From Octopus vulgaris (lineage: Eukaryota), in the NCBI GenBank assembly GCA_951406725.2, contig OX597825.1, positions 37,138,001-37,202,000 of the forward strand: a DNA stretch of 64,000 bases, given 5' to 3'. Position 1 is the stretch's first letter. Each line of letters begins with the position of its first letter. The notes beneath the pieces are model-generated. The model saw only the letters and a program-made list of their open reading frames with translations, ran no database searches and was not told the DNA's origin. A program made the position numbers and the translations under genes. This document shows positions 51,735-64,000 of this stretch, piece by piece.

Positions 51735-53322
51735 TAACACTGGTAATTCCTACAGCTGCGATGCACATCGTATACCACCACAACGTCATATCAATGAACT
51801 CCCAACGGAAACTCATAGACACATATGACATAATAATTCAACTGTTTGATCCAATCCTGTACAACACACTCGATCAAATAAGCGTAACTATAGATATAAG
51901 AATCAGGATGTCCTCTGGTTCAGCCCAATTTTCGGTTTGCATGTTTCAAACAAGATCACTGGAAAATTTTTTGCTGCTTTGGAGAAGTGTTTTCCAAAAT
52001 TTAATCGGTATCATGCTATTTTTAATCGATACACGGTGAATGTATCATACGCCAACTCTGCTAATCTAGAGCAGCTTATGCATCGCATGAACACTAGCAA
52101 AACGCAGCAAAGGTTCAATAACCCACCTACTGGATCTAGCAAACATTTGCATCTAAATACCAACGAAGGAGATGTAAACCGAATTGGTAAACACCAACTA
52201 TGACCAATTTGTAGTAGTAGAAATACTAATGGTACAGCTAGCACAGTAAGAACGCCGGTTAATGGAGTCAGGACTACCTTATATACAAATAAATTCGATA
52301 AATTCCCATGCAGAGATAAATCAAAATGTCCTTTGATGAATCTCTGTTTGAGTACAAATCTTGTATATAAATGTACCGTGCACACAAGGGAAGGGCCCTA
52401 TGTCTACATAGGGCAGACGGCTGATTCATTTAAGAATCGTTATCATAACCATGTTGCCAGCTTTAAGACAATCAATAAGAGACAGTCAACATCTTTGGCA
52501 GGTTTTATATGGCGACCGAAGGAGGATAAAACAAAGTTCAGCATTAATTGGTCCATAGTAAGGTGTGAAAAAGCATACCATATAATTTCCAGGAGATGCC
52601 GTCTCTGCTCCGAGGAATTCTGTGGACTAACGAGAAGATAATTAATAGAATTTCTGAACGACTCTTGAGATACCTACACACATATAAATGTACTTTCGCA
52701 CAATGCAGTGAGAATGAATTTTGAGTAACCGTTAACTTAATTTAATTTAATTTACTTTAAGGAACGGATGACTTAAGTTTACTTTTAACCTCCCCATTCT
52801 TATAAACACTAGGTAAATATCTAACTCACTTTGCGACCATGATTGCACCAAACCTCACGTGTGCGTATGTTCACATTTTGCTGTTGCTTGTATGAGCGTG
52901 TGTACTCGCGCCATGCAGTTTGCCCGTGGGCGTTTATCCATCCATAACTGTTAACGGTCATTTTCAATACTTTTCTCGCTGGATTACGTGTTCGTTTCTC
53001 TTTTTGTCATCTGCAATTTTATTTTTGATCTTCTATATAAATGAAAATATTTCCTCCGTCTGGGTGTTGTTCTCTATACAAAACAGTTAGGTTACAGGGT
53101 CATAAACACACTAGCAGCTGTTGTCAAGACGTGGTGGCAAGCGATTTTTTTCTCCCGTCTTCCTTTTTTCTTGAACTTTCCTCGGTCTCCTGTTTATGAC
53201 GAAGAGCTTTGCTCGAAACATAAAACCACATTTCTTTCCTTCCCTGAGCATCTGCTAATACATTGCCTGTACCACGTATTCGTGTTGTTGTTTTTTCTTG
53301 TGTTTGTTCTTCGTTTTTTATT

Positions 53323-53330
<8 letters not shown>
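51735..53330 (+). mobile_element. 5'-truncated PLE (linker, GIY-YIG endonuclease, 3' UTR and tail; possibly Nematis-like)
   Basis: VLWFSPIFGLHVSNKITGKFF...IFNRYTVNVSY; CRDKSKCPL..LCLSTNLVYKCTV...YIGQTADSFKNRYHNH...CRLCSEE. Confidence 0.88.
53191..53227 (+). ncRNA. Minimal PLE hammerhead motif (degenerate); inverted copy at 53735-53775
   Basis: tgttt-ATGACGA-a-gagc-ttt-gctc-GAAAC-(G/A)TA-aaac; C3 is replaced by A in both copies. Confidence 0.6.
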
Positions 53331-53356
<26 letters not shown>

Positions 53357-53358
<2 letters not shown>

Positions 53359-53550
53359 CTGTTACATTATGGAACAATCATTTTAATGAGTTGTATTTAT
53401 TTATTTATCACCCAACGAAATACAGCTGCACCACCAGAAGCTTCTGAACCAGTTGTTGAGTGTCCCTTCCAAGAGGAATCGATGCTAGATGTATCGAAAC
53501 AATTGTCGTGATTAAAAATAAATTCTCTTATATTCCATCTGTTTTTCATT

Positions 53551-53556
<6 letters not shown>
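53357..53556 (+). mobile_element. Tail of a second PLE family nested in the (TA)n spacer, with an HHR-like motif
   Basis: aagagga-atc-gatgc-tagat-gtatc-GAAAC-AATT-GTC followed by AATAAA; TA tracts on both sides. Confidence 0.55.
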
Positions 53557-53631
<75 letters not shown>

Positions 53632-53634
53632 TAT

Positions 53635-53828
53635 AAGGTAAATAAAAAACGAAGAACAAACACAAGAAAAAACAACAACGCGAATACGTGGTACATGCAA
53701 AGTATTAGCAGATGCTCAGGGAAGGAAAGAAATGTGTTTTTTTTACGTTTCGAGCAAAGCTCTTCGTCATAAACAGGAGACCGAGGAAAGTCCAAGAGAA
53801 AAGGAAGACGGAGGAAAACATCGCCTGC
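53635..53828 (-). mobile_element. Inverted copy of the PLE tail
   Basis: Reverse complement of 53138-53330. Confidence 0.9.
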
Positions 53829-54020
53829 CACCACGTCTTGACAACACCTGCTAGTGTGTTTATGTCCCTGTAACCTAACTGTTCGGCAAAATCCCCCGAT
53901 AGAATAAGTACCAGGAGATCGATATGTACTGGGCTCAATATGTTCAATAAAAAATATTCTTGAAGGTGGAGCCCCATCATGGTCACAGTCTAATGACTAA
54001 AACAAGTAAGAAATAAGAAA
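53829..54020 (+). mobile_element. SINE family B 3' half
   Basis: cttgacaac...gtgtttatgtccctgtaacctaactgttcggcaaaa...cgatagaataagtacc...atgactaaaacaagtaag. Confidence 0.8.
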
Positions 54021-54137
54021 TTACAGATGAAAATATAAAGATATAGAATAAAATTTTCCTCACCTAATGTTAAAAAATTAAAGTTGTTTTAATTTTACAT
54101 TACACACACACACACACATACACATATACACACACAC

Positions 54138-54191
<54 letters not shown>

Positions 54192-54193
<2 letters not shown>

Positions 54194-56190
54194 GGTTTCA
54201 AAACACTACGAATCACTCACTGACAATGAAAGAGAACACATCACCAGTTTCGAGCCAAAACCCAGCAACTTTTACAGCTTACCAAAAATATTTAAGTCGG
54301 AAGATATTCAACAGACAGTAAAAGAACAAGGAAGTGAATACATAAAATTATTATATCGAAAATACTTAAAACTAAGACCAATTATAGCTGGCCCAGCGTG
54401 CCCTGCCCATCGTCTAAGCAATTTCGTTGACATTATTTTGAAACCACTATGTATCTACATTCCCAGCTTCATTCGGGATGACATCGATTTCCCGTCCCAT
54501 CTTCCCAAAACAACTGAAACAAACTCACTCCCACTGAGTTTTGATGTAGTAAGCCTTTACACCAATATCCCACATGATTTAGGAATAAAGGCGATTAAAT
54601 ACTAGGTAGATAAACATAGAGATTCACAGTGACATTTATATTGGACTCTGTCAGATTTATTCTGGAAAACAACACTTCTTCAATGGAAAGAACTACAGCC
54701 AAATTAAAGGCACGAGCCTGGGAAGGAGGTTTGCTCCCGTTCACGCGAATTCAGTGATGGGATACTGAGAACAATAACTCTACCAGGAAATAGAGGAGAG
54801 ATACAACACTGAGTTTAGGAAGTATATTGAAAAGGCATGGAAAAGATACCTCGACGATTGCTTCTTAATCTGGACAAAATCTCAAAACACTGTGGGAGAA
54901 TTCAATATCCTCCTGAAAAACCTACACCCATCCATCCAATTTACAAAGGAGATGAGCAGTACCAAATTACCATTCCTAGATATAATGGTGATTAAAAAGA
55001 ACGCTACCATTACCACAGATATATATTATAAACACACAGATACACATCAATACCTGAATTTTAAATCGTACCATCCACCGCATACAAAACGTAACATCCC
55101 ATACTGCTTAGCCAGAAGAATCTGTACCATTGTAGAAGATTTGAAGATCAGGAATCAGCGCCTGACGGAACTGAAAGAATTTCTGCTCAAACAAAAATAC
55201 TTATAGAAAATAGTATTCAGCCGGCTATGAAAATACCCACACAACAACTGAGGACAACACAAAGAAGAGAAAAACAAGAACAAATCATACCATTTATAGT
55301 GACGCACAATCCATGCCACCAGAACATCTTCGATATCGCTAAAGCAAACCTATCAATCATTGCTCAAAGTAAGGAATTAAGAGATATCATTACAGACCAA
55401 ACTATAACTTTCAGTAAAAGACAGCCTAAAAGCTTGAAAAAGTTATTAACAAAGGTGAGGTTTGACCTTATCAACAAAGACCAACCATTTACTGTGCCTA
55501 AATGCAATGATAGCCGATGCGGTACATGCCAATTAATTCATACCGGCCCGTATATGAACACAAAACGAGGAGAATATTCATAAATGCAAATATGAACTGC
55601 CAAAGCAGAAATTAAATCTACTGCATCAAGTGCCCTAATTGTGAAGAACTATATGTTGGCCAGACAGGCAATGCACTATCAGAACGCTCACGTGTGCACC
55701 GACAACAAATTAAAAATCCAGAAGTCCGTCAAATACCGCTGAGTAACCATCTAGCAACAAGTTGCCGGAAAATATTTATAATATTTCCATTTCATAAACT
55801 ATACAATCCGAATGAAACAGAGAAAAATGAGAGAAAACTTAATAAACAATGATGAAAAATAATCTTATTTAAAGTTTTAAAATGTTATCCCCATATTTAT
55901 AAAATATAAATCTCTAAAAAGGACTTCTATCAGCATTTATAAAAATAAACACTGAAAATGGCATGGCATCAATTCCAAAAATAGCGAAGCAACTACTATT
56001 TCTATCCACAGGAACGTAGATAGAGGACAAAATTTAACCAGTCAACCACAGTTGATACCAATGAACACAACTGTCACCACAACCTGAAGATTGAATAAAT
56101 GCAAGAGAGTATACTATTTCAATTAGAATGAACATTTAACATTTCATATGTTTAATATTTCATTTGTTCAATTTCTTTTTACTACACTAT
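54192..56190 (+). mobile_element. PLE (Neptune-like): RT plus C-terminal GIY-YIG, 5'-truncated, starting at (TA)n
   Basis: FYSLPKIFK, LRPIIAG, SFDVVSLYTNIPHD, WKRYLDDCF, LPFLDI, TDIYYKHTDTHQYL, CNDSRCGTC and IYCIKCPNCEELYVGQTG; several frameshifts; CTGAAGA stem at 56084. Confidence 0.92.
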
Positions 56191-56296
56191 TTTATATCTT
56201 CTATTAATATTATAAGATTATAAATAAAACATGAAAAACAGAGTTGGAATTCCTTTGAGCAATATATTCTTCTATACACAATCATACAAACCCCTG

Positions 56297-56381
<85 letters not shown>

Positions 56382-56869
56382 GTGTGTGTATATATATATG
56401 TATATATACATATGCATATATACATATGCATATATACATTCATGTATATATTATATATATGTATATATTTATATATGTATATATATATACATATATCAGT
56501 GTGAGTGTGTGCGCGCGTGTGTGTAAATATTTTCTTTACATTTAATGCTTGGTTTCTGCTGCAGGGTTTAATGTTATTAGAAATCACTACATAGAGCAGA
56601 GGGCATTATCCTAATTTAAGGTAAATGAAAAGAGGCCATAAAATGACAATTGAACGAGATAATGCGAAATGGAGTCATAAAGAATTTAAATAGGACTTTA
56701 ACCCTCGTGTAAAATGAAGGTTTGATGCGAGGGTAACAGCAATGGCCTGTTGCGGCAAAAATAAGAAGCAGTAAGTAACAATAAAAACAAAATTAAGCAA
56801 ACGTTTCAGCCATCGCTTTTTGTTTTCTTTATAGATCTCAGGTGGTGTTTAATATAATTTATAACATAT

Positions 56870-57050
56870 GCGCATGGTCTGAAATTTAAAAAGAAGGGTT
56901 TGGCGATTAAATCGAACCCAATACTTGATTGGTACTTTACTGAAACAGGAATGATCAAAGGCAAAGTTGACCTCATCGGTATTTGAACTTGGAAAGTAAA
57001 CGAGTCAAGGCATTTTGTCCGAGACTTCAAGGAATTGGAAGAGCCATCGT
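56870..57050 (-). mobile_element. SINE family A
   Basis: tggtactttactgaaacaggaatgatcaaaggcaaagttgacctcatcggtatttgaact. Confidence 0.7.
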
Positions 57051-57151
57051 CCTAATATGACGCTTAACGTGGAAACAGCTCCAGCAATTTCTGATCAACA
57101 GTCATAGCGAACGTAGGTATGTTTCTCTGTCTATCTATCCATCTATATATA

Positions 57152-57304
<153 letters not shown>

Positions 57305-57305
57305 T

Positions 57306-57338
<33 letters not shown>

Positions 57339-58004
57339 GTCTCTCTCTCCCTCACTCCGTTAATATACGTTAATTTCTTAATTTCTTTCATTATTTCTTT
57401 CCCTCAGTTTCTGATTCTGTCTGTACGTCATTGTTATTCCTGTTTATCACCGTCATCGTCATCGTCTTATTGATTAAAGTTTGATATTATGCTTTATGTC
57501 TGTCGACTGTCGTCTGAATTCATGCGTTGTCAGAATGTATTTGAGGAAGGAAGAAAAAAATTGCCTGATGATGATTAGAAATTCGACTGACTGAATGAGT
57601 GATTAATTTAAAGAATGAAGGGTATTGAGGAAAATAAATATATAAAATAATTTCCCGAACAGTGGTACTGCAGGATACTATTAAAGTCAGCTTTTCAGCG
57701 TTAGATTATTTCTTTAGAACTGTCAGAAAGCACATAGATAGGTATGGATGCCTATTTCTATCTCCAGGAGAATGATTATACCAACATATAGAATAAGAAA
57801 GATAAACTGGCAACCCTCCTCTTCTCTATCTTATTGTCCCTCTCTTTCTGTAGTGTCACACACATTTTATACACACCAGAACACACTCGGGCACTAATAC
57901 ATAGTTAATATATAGATTTACCGGTCTTTTACTGTGTAGCTATGTAAATACATACACACACACACACTTACACACACACCTATATATGTATGTATGTATA
58001 AGTA

Positions 58005-58066
<62 letters not shown>

Positions 58067-59189
58067 TATATGTATATAGCTATGTATATATAGATGTATA
58101 TGTATATATGTATGTGTGTTTGTGCACGTTTTTCCATCTGTCTATATCTGTTTATTCATTATCAAGCTAGACAAAGAAGCGAATGATTCAAGCAAGCAAT
58201 CAATTAATCAATCACTCATTCATTCAATTGATCTGTATATCTATTTATCTAACTATCTATTTGAACTGATTGGTTGATTAATAAATAGACAGATAAACAA
58301 GGAACGTGATAGTTTTGTATTCTTACATTGGCACATGGTTGTGGTTGAAAAGCAAAGAAGAATTAGGAAGAGATGTGACGTCATTTTATGCACCAGATTA
58401 AAAATAGAAGCTAGTCTGTCTCTGTTGAGCTATTCAACTTATTGATGGATTTATGAAAGAATCACTCAGGATTTGAACACGAGACATTCAAACTACGACA
58501 TTTAAAACAACCAGACAGGCTGATTCATTAAATTTGTCTAGTAGTTCTATTTTTGTTCGTAATTTTGCAATCTCTTTTATTGATTACTTAAGCTCCAGAA
58601 ATAAAATTTCATTTTGTTAGATTTGAACAACTGAATAGCCATCTTCAAACTAATTAGCCATGAATGATCGACGGAGCTCGTGGTTAAAGATATTCGTGCT
58701 ATGAGCATTCCTTTTTATGTAGAGGACTATGTTATTAAAGAAGCTATTTCTCAGGAGACTCGGAAACTACTTCTTTGAGAATTTGGGACAACGTAGAGAT
58801 TTCCATAGTGGCTTGATTGTGATTTATTTGTATTTGTTTTATTCTTTTAGAGCGGTGCTCAATCTTATGTGGGTCTTTAATTTTCAAAGTCGATAAATAC
58901 AATATCAGTTAATGCACCACAAGTGGGTCGATTCTTTATTCATATCTTTCTCAAATCTTTGTTTCTCATCTTCACACTTTTTTAGGATTGGCAACAACCG
59001 GTAAGAAGGTGTCTTGTAAAATGTTTCCTCAGAGGAATGGAACGGGAAATAACTTCCGTATATTCTCTGGAAATTTCCAGAACAAGCACATAAGGTTCGT
59101 CAAGGAAATCACCGTGGATTGTTTGTGGAACTGGTGTTACAACATTCCTTTCAAGAGTAACACATTTACTTCGATCATCATTGACCAAC

Positions 59190-59410
59190 GAACAACGAGA
59201 GATCTACTTAATTGTTACTCTATCTATAAGAAATAGCAAGCACACCCCTTTTGCATCTCACTCTACTCTACTCCTAGAGAAAAAAAAGGTAACATTATAT
59301 AAAGTAATCCTAGATAAACTAAATTAGAAGAGCAAAAGGCATGAGATGGGATAGCTATAGCTGGAATGGCGTTACTCATAACTCTACTTGATTATGATTA
59401 ACAACAAACA
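59190..59410 (+). mobile_element. SINE-like tail, family C
   Basis: agaaatagca...tcctagata...gggatagctatagctggaatg...aacaacaaac. Confidence 0.5.
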
Positions 59411-60009
59411 AAAACAAATTATTATCAGATGTGTAAGTCTGCCTGAAATTAGATTAATGTTTAAGTTTGATCTGGATACAGATCATAGACACAGTGATGA
59501 GTTGCAGGAAAAGGTGTGCTTCATCAGAGATCACACCTGTTAAAAACTAATGTATGTTCATCAATAATCGTTATCACGTGCGAGCCCAGAAAAGCTGACT
59601 ATAAACAAATTTCAGTGAGAGAAACAGTTGCAGATATAGCTATATGGGGAAAAAGTTAGCTTCAAAAACAGGAGATTTCAGGGGCGATCCTGCTGTGCGG
59701 TAGTTGAGACAAGTGCTTTCCACTACAGACTGGAATTGGTCAATATTTGATAGTTGAATTTGATTGAAGAAAATTATATTATATTATGTTATATTATATT
59801 ATATTATGTTAATTATGTTATATTTTATATATATATCTATATATATATCTGTATACTCCATGGAATACACGGAAGTTGTTTCCCGTTCCATATGTATGTA
59901 TGTTCATATGTATATACACTCTCGCATGTATATATATATATATATATATATGCATACTCACAGACGCACACACATGCATAATGTACACATCTAAGTAAAT
60001 ATACCGAGT

Positions 60010-60375
60010 ATTCCTAGCAATTTTGAACAAAGTCGGTTATTCGACACCTTCTATTCTACCAGCTGATTGGTACTGGATATTAAGTGTCCCGAAGGGATGA
60101 AAAGCATAGTTGATTGTGGCAAGATTTGAGCCTAGAATGGAAAGAACCGGGAAGAAAAAACAACCTATATAATATTTTATATTTTACTCAATTCAGTGAT
60201 CAGACTGCGGCCATGGAGAGGCACCGCATCTAAGAATTCTTGTCGAATGAATCGACCCCAGCACTTACTTTTAAAGACTGGTACTTATTCTCTCAGTTCT
60301 TTTGCCGAACCGCTAGATTACGCGCAACACCGGTTGTCAAAGGGTGGAGGTCGAGCAAACAAACTGAAAGACACA
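60010..60375 (-). mobile_element. Adjacent SINE fragments (family A 60010-60175; family B 3' half 60183-60375)
   Basis: cccgaagggatgaaaagcatagttgatt...atttgagcctagaa; gactgcggccatgg...ggtacttattct...ttttgccgaaccgcta. Confidence 0.7.
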
Positions 60376-60449
60376 CACAACACACACACATGTATATACA
60401 AATACATGCATGTATGTATGTGACTACGTGTGTGTGTGCGCACGCGCGA

Positions 60450-60503
<54 letters not shown>

Positions 60504-60854
60504 GTGTGTGTGTATTTTGTGCCTTCACCGACGTTTCAATATCAGACGGACGGCTCACCAGTGTATTTCAACCTAGAACCAAGACAACAACACATATAAC
60601 AATTATCAATGATATCCACAGGTAATCCAGTAGATGCTAATCACACCTGGCAAGAAACCTTTTTATTGGCCGACCGTTTCTTTAACGGTCGTGCGAATTT
60701 CAGGCAGAAAATGTTGAATGCCCTTCTACAGGATACAGAGACACTAACTGTTCTCATCATACGCAACTACAACCTCATTGTCGCTCTTTAGTTTAAGAGA
60801 CTCGATTCTGTCATCGATGATAAACGCCCGTTGGACACATACATACATACATAT

Positions 60855-60963
<109 letters not shown>

Positions 60964-61349
60964 TATATATACATACATACACACACACACACACACATAT
61001 AAAATGTACTAATCCGCGGTAGAAAATTCAGCAAAATTAGTACTCCATCTAGTGAGAGAGAAATATTATTACTTAAAGGTCACAATACATGTTTCAAAGC
61101 GCTACTAATAGCTTCATATGTTGAGAGAACTCAAACATATTCTTCGGGCGCAAACCACATATCATAACGGACTAAAAAATTGAACAAATAGAAAAAAAAC
61201 TGATGTTGGAGTTTGCGTTTGTTCGAGGAGGTGATTATGTATCCAAAATTATGTATGGGTGAGTAGATTTTCACAGATGTTTTGTTAAAGATGGGATAGT
61301 ATTTTTCTTATACACACATTTCGTATTTCTTCCAAATTTTTGAAATTCG

Positions 61350-62115
61350 CTACTTCCCACTTCCTTCTAAGAATCCCCACCATCCCCACCTTCAAAAAGT
61401 ACTTAACAATACCCCACTCTTTTGAAAATTAAACAATCTGCCTCTACCCCTCCATATTCACAACCCTGTTCAATTTCATACACCTCTCTTTACCATAACA
61501 TCACCCTCTAATACCAACCTAATTCATTTGTCCCATTAACAACCACTATTTTGACCACCTTCTCACTCACACTCTATCCCCCTCCATCTCCTCTCATCTC
61601 TCTCCATTTACCACACTAATCTCCCTCAGCCACTCAACCAGTCAACGTATTCCCCTCAAATAACAGTCATTCCAACTTTCACTATCTCCAACTTTAGCTC
61701 TATAGCCTTCATACGCACTAACATATAGGTTACTATTCACATACTACCTAAACAACCTTCCATCTTCGTCCCACCTTCCAGCTCTACTACTATCACTAGC
61801 CTCAGTAATAATCCCAACCCGGAAATATATTTTCTCCTCCTACTACTTTCTGTTTAAAATCATCCCAGCTCCTCATTCTAATACACTTGGTTCTCCACAA
61901 AATCATTCCGTCTTTAATCTCTTTTCTCTCAACACCTCAAATGTAAAATTCTTCCCTGAAGACAGGGGCTGGTATTATCCGATGATGGAATCCATTTACA
62001 ATCATTATTTTGGACCACCAAACCCCCAGAAACAGCTCTTGGACTCGTAAAACTTTTATTCAACCTCTTTAATTCCTGATATCATTTCTATTCTGTGTAA
62101 GACGGACTTTTTTAT
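61350..62115 (+). mobile_element. C-rich PLE-type 3' UTR and tail with an extended HHR-like motif
   Basis: Strongly G-poor strand; tcc-CTGAAGA-caggggctggt...accaaacccc-ca-GAAAC-AGCT-ctt-gga at 61953-62043. Confidence 0.55.
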
Positions 62116-62875
62116 ATGCAAACATATGTATATTTTTTAGTATTAAATGTATTTAATATTTTTTGTATATCGATTTGCCTAACTTGCTTATTCTTACATT
62201 TACTCCTATACACAAACACACACGCGCACACTCACACAGATACATGTGCACATACAGACACATATACGTGCACACACACATATACAACATATATACTTGT
62301 ATAAATGTATATTATCTATGATGTTGTGTTGTATTGTAAATACATTGTATTACAATGTTTGTCTTAGTTGTTTTCCTGATAAATATATCATCATCGTCAT
62401 CATCTTAATGATAGTGATAATGACAATAATCATCATCAACAACAACAACAACAACAACAAATTCATCGTCGTCGTCGTCACTGTCATTATAATTACCGTT
62501 TTGCCATTGCTATTATAGTTGTTGTACCCGACCGTAAATAGTGGATGCTGTGAAGTTGACGCACCTCAAATTTCCAGGATTGTTAAAACTGATGGTTAGT
62601 TGTATAGTTTCTTAAAGTGCCTTGTTATTGGAATTAAACTGATGACAGTTCGTGATAGAAATGTCGATAAAATTGGGAGTAGTCAACACATTATTCATTA
62701 ACGACAGAGACAACACCATGACCAAGACTTCGGCCATGATGACCACGGCCACAGTAGCAGTGAAGTCAACCAACCACTGACGTCTCCGCCACCATCACTG
62801 TCGCCTTCTCAAGCATCACCATATTGCTACAAGCGAATGTAGATATGACTTACTTTAATACAAATTATTTGCGAA

Positions 62876-63090
62876 GGCAGCGAGCTGGCAGAATTGATGG
62901 CACCGGCAAAATGCTTAACAGCATTTCATTCATTTTTACGTACTGATTTCAAATTCTGCCGAGGTCAACTTTGATTTTCATCCCTTCGGGGTCGATAAAA
63001 AGAGTTCTAGTTGAATACTGGGGCTGATGTAATCGACCTACCCACTACGCCGAACTTGCTGGCCTTGTGCCAAAATTTTAAACAATATGA
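62876..63090 (+). mobile_element. SINE family A, near full length
   Basis: ggcagcgagctggcagaat...ttcaaattctgccgaggtcaactttgattttcatcccttcggggtcgataaaa...ggccttgtgccaaaatttt. Confidence 0.85.
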
Positions 63091-64000
63091 AATATTTGAG
63101 TTTCGTTTATGATTATCCGTGTATATGTGTGTACTGGTATGCATATTTGTGTGTGTGTGTTTGCGTGAATGTATGTATGTGAGTGCATTGTGCATACAAT
63201 ACTGTGCTATAGAATGCCGTAATTCCATTCTGCAAAGCATGTTTACAGTTATTATTTACTTCGCCCATGTTAACCCAGAGGTTCATACTCATGATCAAAA
63301 GCATTTCATCTTTTTGTGTAACCTACGATCGAATATATTGAATAAGGTTCAACTCCGAATATTCAAAAAAAATTTTAGTGTATTTTTCCAAGGAGCTTTC
63401 GCTTTTACATAAGTCGAATTACAACCTAGATGCTCCTTTTTGACGCAAATTTGGTTCCCAGTGGAGTTATTGTTTCACTAAAACATTTTCTAGTCAACAT
63501 ATTATATAGTGTTAACATCTAGTTCAAACATTCAAACATTGTTACTATCTTTTCATATCTTACTGTATTTCAAAGTGGTCTTCCAAAGTGGTTTTGGTGT
63601 ATAAGTTGACTTACCATCTTAAACTGTAAATATTAGTGCAAAAATTCGATTTGTATGCCAGAAAATTCCATAAACCCCATGACTTTGATTCCTTTACTTA
63701 GCCAATAACTGTGTGGAACATTGGATTTATTCAGTTTTGATATGCTTAAGAAATTGTCTGGAAATCCCGATAATCAAAGTTCGATCTCATTGCACGTCAT
63801 ATGCGTAAAGTATTAAACCAAAGACTTGTTAATAAAGCTGAACTGATAGAAACTTCTGACGCTTGCCATATGAATTATACCTATACTTTAAATATCCGGA
63901 CTTGTTGCACTGTGTCACGCTTATTCCTCTTGGGAATTGTGTGATGAGTGTATGAAATATTCAGCCACTTACACATTAGTTCAAGGACAAGTTAATTTAT

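Overview
AT-rich eukaryotic (animal) DNA that is dense in microsatellites. The SINE families and repeat landscape look like an octopod cephalopod genome; this is recognised from memory, not from a database search. No intact host protein-coding gene, rRNA, true tRNA or CRISPR array is supported, and most ORFs in the track are translations of (TA)n, (CA)n, (TATC)n or trinucleotide repeats. The window is mostly decayed transposons: several mariner and Tc1 elements (one near-complete mariner at 45.9-47.2 kb), a degraded autonomous Helitron (12.4-16.3 kb), a non-autonomous Helitron, two hAT(m)-like derivatives, a Gypsy integrase fragment, MITEs, many tRNA-derived SINEs and at least three Penelope-like retroelement (PLE) bodies with RT or GIY-YIG remnants. 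The most notable pattern is about 14 short PLE-type 3' tails sitting in or beside TA-rich microsatellites. Many carry hammerhead-ribozyme (HHR) cores (CTGANGA...GAAAC-palindrome-GTH), each with a different self-complementary stem III, and some have long stem II insertions. They often fold back into inverted repeats or near-perfect palindromes, and one event duplicated host target DNA in inverted orientation. An anomalous 170-bp block of about 68% GC abuts the young mariner. Coordinates of degraded elements are approximate.
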